A DNA stretch of 64,000 nucleotides from Octopus vulgaris (lineage: Eukaryota), in contig OX597822.1 in NCBI GenBank assembly GCA_951406725.2, forward strand, positions 8,990,001 through 9,054,000. The letters run 5' to 3'. Below the pieces are notes generated by a model. That model did no database searches, was not told the DNA's origin, and was given only the letters and a program-made list of their open reading frames with translations. The position numbers were made by a program, and so were the translations under genes. Shown here in pieces: positions 41,362 through 55,992 of this stretch (positions are counted from its first letter, which is position 1; each line of letters opens with the position of its first letter).

Positions 41362-41905
41362 CGATGATGATGATGATGATGATGATGACGACGATGATGA
41401 TGATAAATGCCCCGATGCAGCACCAGGCATTGGCTGCCGCGGCTTCTCATCTTAACTGATTGGAAGTGTTATCATGTACAGTAAATATTATGCACAATAC
41501 CAGAGATATACTTGTCACTTAGTTGACCTTAACCAATTCAACTCATCCCTTGGTGACTGACAATATGGACATCTCTGATCATGGGCAAAAGTAGTGGTTG
41601 AACATCATAGCCATATGCTAGGGGGAATTTTTTGTGGTTTGAATAATTCATCTGTAAAAACATAGGTCTTTCGCTCATTATCTTAAATAAATCTTATTCA
41701 TGGGCTTTTTGAGTGGGATGACTGAAGAGAATTTTCACTAGGCCCCAGCTGCAAGGTCATGTGATGTTTATCTTAATGTGAGTCCACCATGTCGCACACA
41801 TATGATTGTGATACATGTGCCTGGTGTACACTTATCAAACGGGTAGTCATGTTGGGTATATTAGGCTTCGAATATTTGATTGCATGTATTGCTCTCTCAC
41901 TCAAT

Positions 41906-41980
<75 letters not shown>

Positions 41981-41993
41981 AATAAAAATAATG

Positions 41994-42030
<37 letters not shown>

Positions 42031-42035
42031 TAATG

Positions 42036-42108
<73 letters not shown>

Positions 42109-42117
42109 TAATAATAA

Positions 42118-42277
<160 letters not shown>

Positions 42278-42289
42278 CACATATAATAA

Positions 42290-42468
42290 TAATATAACAA
42301 ACACATATAACATACAGAAAATTGCACTACTGGGCACTACACACATCCTACGCAAAACACTTTCAAAACAGTAACCATCAGAGCATCACAACAAACCACA
42401 GCACATACCCAAGGCACACACAGCTGCGCTCGGTAGTGAAGTGAAAGCACGTTATGAAAATAAAACTA

Positions 42469-42475
<7 letters not shown>
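42290..42475 (+). mobile_element. R4/Dong-like 3' tail within (TAA)n
   Basis: TNTYNIQKIALLGTTHILRKTLS, then 3' UTR ..AAAACTACTGAATAATAAT. Confidence 0.85.
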
Positions 42476-42534
<59 letters not shown>

Positions 42535-42676
42535 TGAATATCTCACAAAAAAAATGAACGAACTAGTGAGTTTAGTTTAATGGCCTACCAATGTATACTA
42601 TGAGTTTCTTTGCCCTAGGAGTAGGGAGGACACTCGGCAAGAAATGGATGCAAATTTGAAAGAAGAAGAAAAACCC

Positions 42677-42742
<66 letters not shown>

Positions 42743-43210
42743 CTACTATATAACACTTTCGTTCCCTCTACTTCTTTCTTTTCTTTTCTCTGTTAGCTTT
42801 CTGTATATGTACACTTGCAACACTCAAGCATGAACACACACACACATACACACAACATCGATACATGACTACACGCACATCCATGATGGTATTTGGAATA
42901 TGCATACACACAATCACTCTCATTATAGGTAGCTAACTGTAACTTTATTGTTGTGGAAGGAAGGGGTAAAACGGAAGTAGAACAATTTTGCACACAAATA
43001 CTCGCATATGTATCTACATTTATACGTGCATACATACACATATTCTATATACACATACACACACACACACTCACATACATGAGGACATACACAAATACAT
43101 ATATACATACTAACATATATATATGTGAATCTTTTCACACATTGTTACATAATGCATACTTATATATATGTGTGTAAATATATATGCGCATAAATGCAGG
43201 TATATAAATA

Positions 43211-43289
<79 letters not shown>

Positions 43290-43509
43290 ACATATACACA
43301 GGCGATAAATATGCAATTATGCACACATATTACGCTTATAAGATATTAATATCAACTTGTATATATTCACAATTGCGTATAAATAAATAAATGATTGTAC
43401 AGATATTTAAACAGCTAGAAACATGTGTATACACGCCGCATGATTTTGCACACGCGCGTAAATGTATATAGCATAGCAACAGCGGCAGCAACAGTAGCAG
43501 CAGCATTAA

Positions 43510-43600
<91 letters not shown>

Positions 43601-43740
43601 TGTAGTAGTAGTAGTAGTAGTAGTATATAACTGGCAGAAATATATTTAAATATGTGTGTGTGTATGAGAGTGAATACAAAAACCGAATAGATATATAAAA
43701 TGAAGCCAAGTAGAATAAGTAAATAAAAGAAATAGATATG

Positions 43741-43795
<55 letters not shown>

Positions 43796-44004
43796 GTGGG
43801 ATGTAGATTTGAGGAATAATGTGGAAAATGTGGAGAAATTTGATATAAAGGAAGGAGGCTGTATGCATATGCATGTATGTATGTATGTTATTATTCAGAT
43901 TTCTTGCCAATAGAGAATGAACCGGTTTCTAACCCAGATCCAAGGTTCCTTCATTGGAATTTCAGCATCAAAAACAGGATATTTCATCTTTGTATGTTTG
44001 TATG

Positions 44005-44035
<31 letters not shown>

Positions 44036-44365
44036 GAACGTATGCATGTATGTATGTATGTATGTATATATGTACAGATTTATATTTTTTTGTGTATGTA
44101 TTTTCATGTATATTGTGACATATATAGACATGCTCATATATATATTAAAATGATAAACCTCTGGAAAGTTTTACAGGTTTTTAAAGTTCTAGTGATGGAT
44201 TGGATCTGTAGTCTTCAAATTAGCTTTCTTATTTCTGGTTTTGAGAAGCTTAATTCCTCAAGATTGGTATTTAGGCAGTGTGTTACATATCTCAGGGCCC
44301 CCAATAATTACAGGTATAAACCTGAACTTGCAATCTGGATAGAGTATGCGTGTATATATGTAAGC

Positions 44366-44398
<33 letters not shown>

Positions 44399-45054
44399 TG
44401 TATGTATGTACGTATATATGTCTGTATGCATGTATTTATTTGTATGTGTAGGTATTTACGATCTCATCTGATTATAATTATTTCAATTCTTTCTTTGAGG
44501 AAGGAGCTGCTTTCAATTGTTGAAATATAGATGAGAAAACCACCATTACGTTTTAAACTTGAGAAAACTCTTGCACATTTTTACTGTTCCACTTGCAAAT
44601 TGTTGTATGCCAGTTAGTTACTTGATTTCTTTTTTCTGAAAACCCTAGTTAATCAGAATGTCCTCTAGGCTTCCACTCACAAAACCAGAAGCGCAAATTA
44701 TTATTGGTATGAACCTGAGTTTATAATATGGGTATTGAAGCTGGAGGTTTCGAAGAATTTTAGCAATAATTATTTTCCTTCTCTTTGATTTTCCAAAGAG
44801 AGATCCATACCAGCAGGACAGCTGATTTCTATAACACTACATACATTTTTTTGCCTGTCCTAAACAACAATATCCAGTGTGTTATGTTTGCACTTGACAG
44901 AAGTTTCCATGCGAATGTTCCAACTGCATTCCTTGTGTTGATGTTTATGTATGTATTCAATAACAAGGGGGGTTATATTAATTCTAGTGCTGTCATTTTT
45001 CCCGGATGACATTGTATATTGTTTTGCCATAACGTCAAATCGCACAGGGAATCC

Positions 45055-45605
45055 GAAACTCAGTAACAGAAAGATAGATGCGAAAAGGACAGATATCATA
45101 TTGAAAGACTTCAGACAAAAAATTATGCCCCTCATTGATATGACTGTCCCAATTGATATAAACGTATCTGTCAAGACTTATCGAAAACTGAGCAAATATA
45201 AAGATCTTGAAGTAGAAATCAGCAAAATGTGGAACCTGAAGACTAGAACAATACCTGTTGTCATAGGTGCCCTGGGAATGATGGCAAAAGGGGCTGATTG
45301 CTACCTAGCTCAGATACCAGGAAACCCGAAAATGGCCAAAATTTAAAAGATATTGCTTATGGGAACTGCCGATATCCTACGTAAAATACTCTCTATGCAA
45401 TCTTGGATTTTAAAACAAACACACAATTTTTTATGGTTTCTTAAACATGCTCTAGAACAACACTTAAGTACAAAACCAAATATATGGCACCCTAAGCATA
45501 TCACCAATATGAACTTCTAACTTGTTGTCTCTTGAGTTCTCTGGGTGAGACTTGGAACCAAATTGTACAAATGCAAAACAAAAGTCAAACATAAAAAAAT
45601 TATAA
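45055..45605 (+). mobile_element. R4/Dong-like REL 3' fragment (older copy of the 45842 element)
   Basis: RKIDAKRTDIILKDFRQK..LIDMTVPIDINVSVKTYRKLSKYKDLE. Confidence 0.8.
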
Positions 45606-45841
45606 TAGTACATGAAACAAATAGGGGCTGCAATAAGGGTGGAGCACTTGCAGAACATAGCACTTCTTGGAACCGCTCGAATACTCCGGAAGGTGCTCGA
45701 AAAATACGAAGTGTTACTTTAGTTTACTGGTAGTGAACGGCTGACACCGTAGTACATCTTCAGCGTTAGAAACTGTGCAAAGTTAATAATAATAGTAATA
45801 ATAATAATAATGATAATAATAATAATAATTATTATTATTAT

Positions 45842-46886
45842 TAGAGATAGACATACAAGAAACAAGCACAGAAAAAGCTAGGCGCATGAAAACCCGTGCC
45901 AAAGCTGCGGCCTTAGATATTCTGAATAATAAATGACAAGAAAAACCTCTCTATGGCAAATACCCAAAGAGAGCGAATAATGCAGATATTGACAAAGCCC
46001 TGACCCATCAATGGCTAATGGCCTCTGGCTTAAAATCTGAAACAGAAGGGTTTATCATAGCAGCTCAAGATCAATGCCTACCAACAAGAAACTACCAGGC
46101 CAACATATTAAAGAACGGCAGTAGCCCAACATGTCGTGTATGCCGACAACAAAATGAAACCATTGATCATGTTGTCTCCAAATACAGTCTTCTAGCGCCT
46201 ACAGAGTACCTCAACAGGCATGATAGAGCTGCACAATATATTCACTGGGTAATTTGCAAAAGCCTGGAGTTGCCCCATGAAAAAAACTGGTGGGAACACA
46301 ATCCACCTCCAGTGCTTGAAAATGACCACATCTCACTCCTCTGGAACTTCACCATTCAAACTGAAAGAAAGATAGATGCAAATAGGCCAGACATCATATT
46401 GAAAGACTTCAGACAAAGAACATACCTCCTCATTGATATGACTGTCCCAATCGATATAAACGTATCTGTCAAGACCTATCAAAAACTGAGCAAATATAAA
46501 GATCTTGAAATAGAAATCAGCAAAATGTGGAACCTGAAGACTAAAACAATACCTGTTGTCATAGGTGCCCTGGGAATGATAGCGAAAGGGGCTGATTGCT
46601 ACCTAACTCAGATACCAGAAAACCCCAAAATAGCAGAAGTTCAAATGATAGTGCTCATGGGAACTGCTCATATCCTACGCAAAATACTCTCTATGTAATC
46701 CGAATGTTAAAAACAAACTTTTTTTAAAATTTATATATTAGACATTCACTAGCACAGCACGAAAAAACCACCAAATATATGGCACACTAGGCATAACAAC
46801 AACGTGAACTTCCAACCTGTTGTCTCTTGAGGTCTCTGGGTGAGACTTGGAGCCAACTTGTACAGACATAAAACAAGTCAAACATA

Positions 46887-46890
<4 letters not shown>
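45842..46890 (+). mobile_element. R4/Dong-like retrotransposon, 5'-truncated, with 226-aa zinc-knuckle/REL ORF (46018-46698)
   Basis: CRVC..ETIDH, RHD, RPDIILKD..LIDM..K.YQKLSKY; bracketed by (TAA)n. Confidence 0.9.
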
Positions 46891-46918
<28 letters not shown>

Positions 46919-46924
46919 GTAGTG

Positions 46925-46972
<48 letters not shown>

Positions 46973-46990
46973 ATGATAATAATAATGATG

Positions 46991-47022
<32 letters not shown>

Positions 47023-47236
47023 GAATGATGATGATGATGATGAATGATGAATGATGATGATGATGATGATTCAATGACAGAAACAAGGACTAAAGTTTGA
47101 CGGAGTGGTTATTCGAAGTTATTGATAACGATATTTGACTGGCGTAAAACCGTTGACCTCAGCGAAGTTTGGACTCAAAAAGTAATTGCCGGAAGAAAAT
47201 TCGCTAGAATTTTCTGTTGCCGATTCTGCTAACGCA

Positions 47237-47310
<74 letters not shown>

Positions 47311-47386
47311 TGATGATGATGATGATGATAATAATAATAATAATGATGATGAATAATAATAATAATGAATAATAATAATAATAATA

Positions 47387-47420
<34 letters not shown>

Positions 47421-47421
47421 C

Positions 47422-47459
<38 letters not shown>

Positions 47460-47500
47460 TGATGATGATGATGATAATAATAATAATAATAATAATAATG

Positions 47501-47577
<77 letters not shown>

Positions 47578-48655
47578 CAATAATAGTAATATATATATAT
47601 ATATATATTATTGGTCTCAAGGGCCAAAACATTGAGAGCAATACAAAGACGAAATACAACGTAGAACTGTGGTGTTCACTTCAAGTAAATGGAAGTAAAA
47701 TTATGATGATGAGGAGGAAGGGGGGAAGGGGGGGAGCATAATCAATACGCCGATTTGAATACTTTCATCACAACACCCAATATTATGTAAACATTAATGA
47801 AAATACCCAATACCATTTCTGATATCGTAATTTTGTTACAGAGAATTGGCAACAATGCTTAATAGTATTAAGTCCACATAAAAAATCACTATTTCTTCAT
47901 TGGATTAACCACTTGTCAGCTTGTGTATTCGATATTACATTTTTTTTATTAATATTACTTGTATTTTTTTAACTCTTATTTACATTACCTTCTATGTGGA
48001 CTACAAGAATTTTTGCTTTCTAAATTCTGTAATATTAAGAATATATACGTTACAATTAAAAAGCAACAAGGCTCTGCGAATTACAAGTGTTGCACGGGAT
48101 ATATTTTCCAGTGCAGGACTTGAATTACAATCCTGTATAATGTTTTGATTGTGACTGCCTCACAAAGATTAGTGCGTTATTGTACTGAATGCCTCACCGT
48201 ATGCATTTACATTCATTCATAGATACATATGGACATACATAGGCGTTTCAAAACGTCTACCAAGTACAAAAACATCAGGCCTTAAGCAGTTATTTCGGAC
48301 AGAAACGAAAAGTCATATACAATCATTGGGCTTAGCTGTTCTGAAGATTTGGATCGGTCTTCCAAACTTAAGGAGTAAAATATCATTATAAGCCAAGGAG
48401 TTCAAAACCCAAAGCGCTTCTACTATGATTATACACTTACAATGATTCCAATTCTCCTTGGTGCATTCGGATATGATTGTAAATTTGTCACAATCTGGAA
48501 ATTGTAAAGTTTTGAAGCAAAGAAATAATGCGCTTAACACAAATTTATAGAAACAATCTGTGGAACCGTAGAAATATGTAAGACATTGTTAAGTTTCGAT
48601 ATGTCACAAATATCAATGCATCTAAATTCCAATGATAGAATACACACACACATAT

Positions 48656-48818
48656 CGCAAGAGTGAGTGTGTGATAAGAAGCTTGCTTCCAAACCACACG
48701 GTTCCGCGTTCAGTCCGATTGCGTGTCACCTTGGGCAAGTGTCTTCTACTATAGCCTCGGGCCGACCAAGGCCTTGTGAGTGGATATGGTAGACAGAAAC
48801 TAAAAAGAGCCAGTTGTT

Positions 48819-48883
<65 letters not shown>

Positions 48884-49090
48884 ATGAATATATATATATA
48901 TATATGTATGTCGCTTGACAACCGATGTTGGTTTGTTTACGTACCCATGACTTAGCGATTCGGCAAAATAGACCGATAAAATAAGTACTAGGCTTAGAAT
49001 GAATAAGTCCTAGGGTCGATTTGATCGACCACAGGCGATGTTCCAGTATGGCCGCAGTCAAATCACTGAAACAAGTAAGAGAATAAAAGC
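48656..49090 (+). mobile_element. SINE family S1 (diverged)
   Basis: Matches other S1 copies. Confidence 0.75.
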
Positions 49091-49351
49091 GTATATATAT
49101 GTATGTATAAATTAACAATTGAGGATAAAATCTTTAAAAGAAATTATCAGTAGTCAGCGTGAAAAGCCTCGTAAGAGATAAAATCCGTAAATTCTTCCTC
49201 TTTGAAAATATTCATTTATATTATATTGAGGGTACTACTATTCGTAGATACCAACACGCTAAGAGGGACCAATGCGGTCAAAACTACTAAAAATAAACAA
49301 AATTTTACCGAATGCAAAACTTCAAAACACATCATTTTAAAAAAGAATTCA

Positions 49352-49415
49352 GTTACATATCACATGTGATTTCGCATTTAATGCAGAATTTGCATTTCAT
49401 GTTCATCAGTGCAAC
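49352..49415 (-). ncRNA. Type I hammerhead ribozyme (498-nt family)
   Basis: Reverse complement of 49874-49937 (one loop difference). Confidence 0.75.
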
Positions 49416-49873
49416 AAACTCAAGAAATATAAGAGAAAAACATAACATTACAAGCTCGATAGCCAACCGTAGAATTCGTCGTAGCATGTACGAATGTTTA
49501 TCTTTACATATCTATGAAAATGGCGGGCTTATTCGCAATGCATTTCGGTACCATATTGTCTAGTCGGAATAAAAATTCAGTATTGAACTATTCCGGTGAA
49601 AAATATAAATTAACAATTGAGGATAAAATCTTTAAAAGAAATTATCAGTAGTCAGCGTGAAAAGCCTCGTAATTGTTAATTTATATTTTTCACCGGAATA
49701 GTTCAATACTGAATTTTTATTCCGACTAGACAATATGGTACCGAAATGCATTGCGAATAAGCCCGCCATTTTCATAGATATGTAAAGATAAACATTCGTA
49801 CATGCTACGACGAATTCTACGGTTGGCTATCGAGCTTGTAATGTTATGTTTTTCTCTTATATTTCTTGAGTTT

Positions 49874-49937
49874 GTTGCACTGATGAACATGAAATGCATA
49901 TTCTGCATTAAATGCGAAATCACATGTGATATGTAAC
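49874..49937 (+). ncRNA. Type I hammerhead ribozyme (498-nt family)
   Basis: Stem I GTTGCA/TGTAAC, CTGATGA at 49880, stem II CAT..AATGCA/TGCATT..ATG, GAAA, palindrome ATCACATGTGAT, AUA triplet 49929-49931. Confidence 0.8.
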
Positions 49938-50239
49938 TGAATTCTTTTTTAAAATGATGTGTTTTGAAGTTTTGCATTCGGTAAAATTTTGTTTATTTTT
50001 AGTAGTTTTGACCGCATTGGTCCCTCTTAGCGTGTTGGTATCTACGAATAGTAGTACCCTCAATATAATATATATGTATGTATATATATATATATATATA
50101 TATATGTCATATGTATATATATATATATATATATCATTGTATGAAAAAATTTATAACATTCTTCTGACATAATGACTCAAATATATATTTTTTAACCTTT
50201 TAAAACAAGCCTTCTGTAGTTTTTTCACTTTTTACTATT

Positions 50240-50270
<31 letters not shown>

Positions 50271-50271
<1 letters not shown>

Positions 50272-50690
50272 TCTTTTTTCTCTTTTTACTCTTTTTACTT
50301 GTTTCAGTCATTTGACTGCGGCCATGCTGGAGCACCGCCTTTAGTCGAGCAAATCGACCCCGGGACGTATTCTTTGTAAGCCCAGTACTTATTCTATCGG
50401 TCTCTTTTGCCGAACCGCTAAGTGACGGGGACGTAAACACACCAGCATCGGTTGTCAAGCAATGCTAGGGGAACAAACACAGACACACAAACATATTCAT
50501 ACACACATATATATATATACATATATACGACAGACTTCTTTCAGTTTCCGTCTACCAAATCCACTCTCAAGGCATTGGTCGGCCCGGGGCTATAGCAGAA
50601 GACACATGCCCAAGATGCCACGCAGTGGGACTGAACCCGGAACCATATGGTTGGTTAGCAAGCTACTTACCAAACAGCCACTCCTGCGCC
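50271..50690 (-). mobile_element. SINE family S1, full length
   Basis: Matches other S1 copies. Confidence 0.9.
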
Positions 50691-51449
50691 CATATATATA
50701 TATATATATATATGCGTATTATTTGGGGAGCATGTCTATGTGTGTGCAAGAAATGACTACATCTTAGCACTCGCAGCTGTTATGGAAGTAATTACAAATG
50801 TGGTGTGGAGGCTGCTGATAAATTGTCTGGTTTACAGGACTGAGAAAGCTAACATGTCATCCAGCATGAGAATGAAAAGAAATGTATCTCGCTGACAGAA
50901 CATGCGTGTTAACTACTATCATTACAGTAAAGGATTAATGCTGTTCTGACATTGAAACTATTGGCGCAATTTTTTATCATACAACTGACTGACAGCGAAT
51001 GTAGTTCACATAGATTCTGCTTTACGTCTTTGCCACGAACAAAATAGATAACTTACTGGATATGTCTAACACACCAAGACATTCTATCGCAAATCAATTT
51101 TTGTAAGAAAACTTTATCAGAGTTATAATATAAGGTAATATAAATATATAAACAATTGTCGGAAATTATATATATGGTCAAAATAGATTTAAGAGCGGAC
51201 ACAATAGGAACACGTTAATTCTAATACCGGAACTAAAACGATATTTAGAGAAGGTATACTGAATTTAAAAAAAGGCAAAATAAAAACCAAGCTGTTTGGA
51301 ATTGAATGAAATGGAAATTGAAAATGCTGTGCCTATATTTAAATTCAAAGATATATTTTACTTGCTTCGAAACGCATTGACTATCGAAGATCAAATACAA
51401 GAGAAAGACAAACAATAACAGAAAAATGAAATTTTATGGAATGGATTGG

Positions 51450-52740
51450 TAGAATGCAAGATAGATAAAAGTGAATACCAAGCATTTTCATTATGCACCG
51501 ATTCCTAATGACATCTCTCCAAAATGTATTCACGAAGTAGCAAATGTTTGTGACCCTGAACTACTAAGTTTAAAATGTATTCCAGATGCTTTCCTCAATG
51601 AATGAGTCGGCCTGATGTTTCTCATTTAACAATTTGTTTAGTGTTTGCTTACCATTGTGTGCTTTATAAAACCGACTTTAAAGACTATTTATTAACATTG
51701 CAGCCATCGGAGAACTCTTCTAAAAACAAACCTTATTTAATTTAATACGTTCATGGAAGAAAATGTAATTTTATAAGATTATTGTTCAAATGTTTACACT
51801 GATGTACTTGCTGATATGGTAGAGAAAATTCATGTTTTTGTTGCAAGAATAAATATTAATAGCACAATGTTGGATGTACCTTCAATTACATTCGTCCTCA
51901 ACCACTAGCGCTGAAGCGTATACTACAATATCTGAAATCAGTATTAAATTTCTGCGAAATTAGTCACTATTAATTCATTCAGAAGCACTAAATGTAACAA
52001 TCTTCTATTTATTATGTGAAAATATGGCGTCTTTAAGCAATTCTATCACTGCTTGTTGAAATGCAATGGAATTGGTGGAGAAAGCATTGGCACTCTTGAA
52101 CTTCGTGAAGAAATTAGGTTCTTTTGAAATTCCAGGTAATGAAAACATCAGTGTTGGAAGGGAAAATTGCAATTCGGATGTACTCTTCCACTTGACTTAG
52201 AATAATTCTGTAATACATGGTACGACTATTACATGTTTCAGTGTCAAAATGTAGACTTAATGCATTGCATTGTAGAAGAAACAAAAAATCCAGGAGAGAA
52301 TGTGTTGTTGGGGATGATGCTGAGCATTTTGGAAACCTTGCTTTTTGTTCTGTCAGAGTTTCAACGAGTCACACAAAGAATCTCACTCTTCCAGAATGTC
52401 TCTGAATTGTGCAAATGAGCAGCAAAGAATTTCTGGTTGAAATTTAAAGCCAGCCTTTAGACTCGTTAAGTATTTTCCATAAGATGAAAAGGACTACCGA
52501 AAAGAAATTGCAGCGAAGTTTACCTTAAAAATCAATATTCCAATAATGGGAACTGACAGATTTTGTACTGCATAAATAAGAGAGTTCACTACTACAAGTG
52601 CAAAAGCTTTAAAAGCGTTAATGCGATTTCCAGCTACATATTTATGTGAAAGGACATTTTCACAGTATGCATATAAAAAATGTATTAGAAATAGAGTGAA
52701 TACAGAAATAGACTAACGATCACAAGTAACTTACATCTTT
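51450..52740 (+). mobile_element. Highly decayed hAT (Buster/Charlie-like) transposase
   Basis: C-terminal dimerization-like motif KALKALMRFPATYLCERTFS..RNRVNTEID*R near 52600-52720, and ELREEI upstream. Confidence 0.6.
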
Positions 52741-53801
52741 ACAAATATTAAAGTTCTTTGACCAGAAATAGGTTCATGGAACAAACCAACTTCTACAACC
52801 TTGTTGATGGTGGTGGCTAATGTTTATTAGCCTTCACTCTGCGGATCAGCCCACTTGGTAATTTCTCCAAGTACCTTGTCATGTCTCTACTCGTATCGGC
52901 CCAGTTCCGTAGGGCATCCAGTCAAAATGTGGTTGTATAAGTAGAAAAAACTTAAATAATCACAGGTGAATGGTTGCCTTACTTATTCGCAGGCCTTGGT
53001 TCGTATGCATTCTTCTCGTCCCAAACTTAAGGCTACAATGGTTAGGAACAACTTGAAAAATCGCTACAATAATTGATAATATTGAAAATGCATCCAGCAA
53101 CTCAAAAAAGTTTAATTTAGGCACAATGTCAGCAAATATTCAACCCGTGCTTGATTTATCGACCCCAGAGAGATGCCAGTCAATGTTGGGTTGGCGGAGT
53201 TTAAAGCGAAACCGTAAACTACCAGAACAAATACCGCAAATCTTTTGATACGCGGTCACCCATTTTTGCCAATCCAACCACATTCCTGCCTCTGATATGC
53301 ATTTGGGACCTAAAATCTTTTGGTAGTGCTGTTTACCGATTATATCGATTTTAAAATTATAAAAGACAATGCTGACCCTAGGTTTTGACCTCAGAAAGTA
53401 ATAAGCCAGAAGAAATACTGAAAGGCATTTTGTTCAACGCGCTAATTAATCTGCACATCTACTGCAATACAAATAATAAGAAACTAATGATATTAAATTG
53501 TTGGGTTTTTTTCCTAATGAAGTGTAACGAAAATAATTATAAAGTGAAAATAGATAGTATAGGTAATATTTTTAAGTCATTGCAAATAACTGAACGACAG
53601 GAAATTGGCGTCTGTCTAAAGAAAGTATTTCTCCGTTAAATTCAATCTTGAGAGGAAAGTCGATTAAGGTTCTTTTTGTGTATGTTTATTATTATTATTT
53701 TTATTGCCAGCCACTTTTTACCAATGTATATGCAATGTTACCCTTTCTACTAACATACAAAGACAGGCTCTAGATATCTCATTTGCAATCAGGGTGGCCT
53801 G

Positions 53802-53857
<56 letters not shown>

Positions 53858-53870
<13 letters not shown>

Positions 53871-54533
53871 TCAACTTGTGTGTTTGTGTGCGTATATGTG
53901 TGTGTGTCTGTGTGTTTAACTTCCCGGCACATCTTCTCCCAGCCAACAAATCGTAGAACCACCAAATATGGGTCACTTAAAGTTTAGGCGAATGAAAATT
54001 TAACTGCACTATTTCTGTTCCGAAATTCATCTCGCAAGTGTAAAAATCGATAATGTGTTTGTTTAGGCCTTATCCCATGCATTGAATAGTGAACTTTACT
54101 CAGTCAGCTGTTTGACGTGAACTGTGTTCACCACGCGTGTAAGCATGCGTAAATTGCATGAAAAATAAAAAATCAAGTTATTAAAAACGAATCGCCGTAA
54201 ACATTGTAGAAATTCGGCAAAGAAATGAATTTTCGGGATATAGCCTGGAGGGTTTTTTCGTATTAATTGTTTGGACTTTGTGAACACATACCAATTGTTT
54301 TCATAACATTTTTAACGCTTTGAATTAAATGTGACCATTTTGCGTTGAGTCTGCAGTTTGAATCACTTTAACCAAATTTTAGCTGGCCGGATTTTTGATC
54401 ATCGCGATACATCGCCAGCGACTCCCTGAAATCCCCGTTGAGAAATCTATTATATATATATAATAATACTTTGAATGTGACTCCTGAGAAAGAGTAAGAG
54501 TAATTATCCGATGAACGACGGGTATTACTGCTA

Positions 54534-54534
<1 letters not shown>
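53858..54534 (+). mobile_element. Non-autonomous Helitron family H2
   Basis: TATATAAAACTCAACTTGTGTG start, 3' ..CCGATGAACGACGGGTATTACTGCTAG|T terminus, inside (TA)n. Confidence 0.6.
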
Positions 54535-54586
<52 letters not shown>

Positions 54587-54911
54587 CATATATACATAAA
54601 TATATACGCACACAAATAGACAGACAGACAGACAAAAGACAAACTTACTCATATACTTATGTACATATACACATACATACAGATACATACATTCAATAAT
54701 ATATACAGTTGTATACGCAGTAAAATAATTCACTTAATATTTATACACGTCCACACACGTAGATTATATGTGTGTATATGTATGTACCAAAGTATATGCA
54801 TGTGTATGTAATGTATATTTTTCGTAAATATTCCAAAATATTATACAGAAAGAAATGAAAGAGCAAAATATAGGGTATATTTGTTTGATACTCAAGAGTA
54901 ATGGGAAAATG

Positions 54912-54948
54912 TTTTGATGTTTCGAGCCTCCGCTCTTCTTCAGTAAGA
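54912..54948 (-). ncRNA. Degenerate minimal hammerhead
   Basis: CTGAAGA A GAGC GGAG GCTC GAAAC ATC on the minus strand; stem I is poor. Confidence 0.4.
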
Positions 54949-55081
54949 AATAGCGAACGAAGACAAATGGAGAGAGAAAATATGGTAACAAAAGTACGAG
55001 TCTAAATTAAGGGTTTTACATGTTGAACTGTTGTATATGTAATGTTTACATATATAAATAACTGTATACAATAATAGAAAT

Positions 55082-55339
55082 ATTAAAATTACTAAGTCTA
55101 GCTAAAGGAGATTACGGCAGCGTTACTGGATATTAATAGTTATCGCCATACTAATATGGCAGTCTATAAATATAAAACTAAAGCTGTCGCTGATTAGCTC
55201 CAAGAGGCCATCGCCTCTAGCTAGCTATATGACACTTGAACCTGCGTCCATTACAACCTTCGAACAGGGGAGCTAATCAGCGACAGCTTTAGTCTTATGT
55301 TTATAGACTGCCATATTAGTAAGGCGATAACTATTAATA
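55082..55339. mobile_element. Repeat with 71-bp inverted arms (homolog at 30621-30712)
   Basis: 55131-55201 / 55269-55339 inverted. Confidence 0.65.
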
Positions 55340-55497
55340 ACTGTATACATATATATATATATATACATATACATACATAAATATAAATGCGTGTGCGTGT
55401 GTGTGCGTACATATACATACATATCTGTGTGTATGTCTCTCTCTGTGTCTATGTGCGTAAGACTGAGATATTGATTCCCTTATGTATGTTTTTGCAG

Positions 55498-55700
55498 TGC
55501 AACCTGCATGTTAATACACTGGAGGATGTGGAGAAAGGATTCAGGCCTCTATTCACGAGTGATGGAATGCTTGTATTCGATGCCAGGTTTGTAGATGCTG
55601 ACACATTGGCACCAGCTCTAGCATCCAGTTATTTCCAGAAGTGGAGAATCTGGAAAAAAAGTGAAACTGACTTTCTTGAGTTCCATTTCCGCGCCTATTT
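55498..55700 (+). CDS. Possible isolated internal exon
   Basis: TTTTTGCAG| acceptor, then an open protein-like frame CNLHVNTLEDVEKGFRPLFTSDGMLVFDARFVDADTLAPALASSYFQKWRIWKK; no convincing donor. Confidence 0.25.
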
Positions 55701-55715
55701 TGACCTATTGTTTTC

Positions 55716-55921
55716 CTTTATTTGTTTCAGTCATTTGACTTCGGCCATGCTGGAGCTCCACGTTTAGTCGGGAAAATCGACCCCAGGACATATTCTGTGT
55801 AAGCTTAGTACTTATTCTATCGGTCCCTTTTGCCGAACCGCTAAGTTACGAGGACGTACACACACCAGCATCAGTTGTGAAGCGATGCTGGGGCAATACA
55901 CATAGACACAAAACACACACA

Positions 55922-55992
<71 letters not shown>

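Larger units (their letters stand above)
49106..50072. mobile_element. Second retrozyme-like/pLTR family: 498-nt unit, partial tandem plus 402-bp inverted arm
   Basis: ATTAACAATTGAGG at 49111 and 49609; 49217-49618 is the reverse complement of 49671-50072; TA-rich flanks. Confidence 0.85.

Noticed and set aside
49312-49977. Two nearly identical 83-aa ORFs on opposite strands
   Set aside because: By-product of the 402-bp inverted duplication; antisense to the ribozyme and with no recognisable motif.
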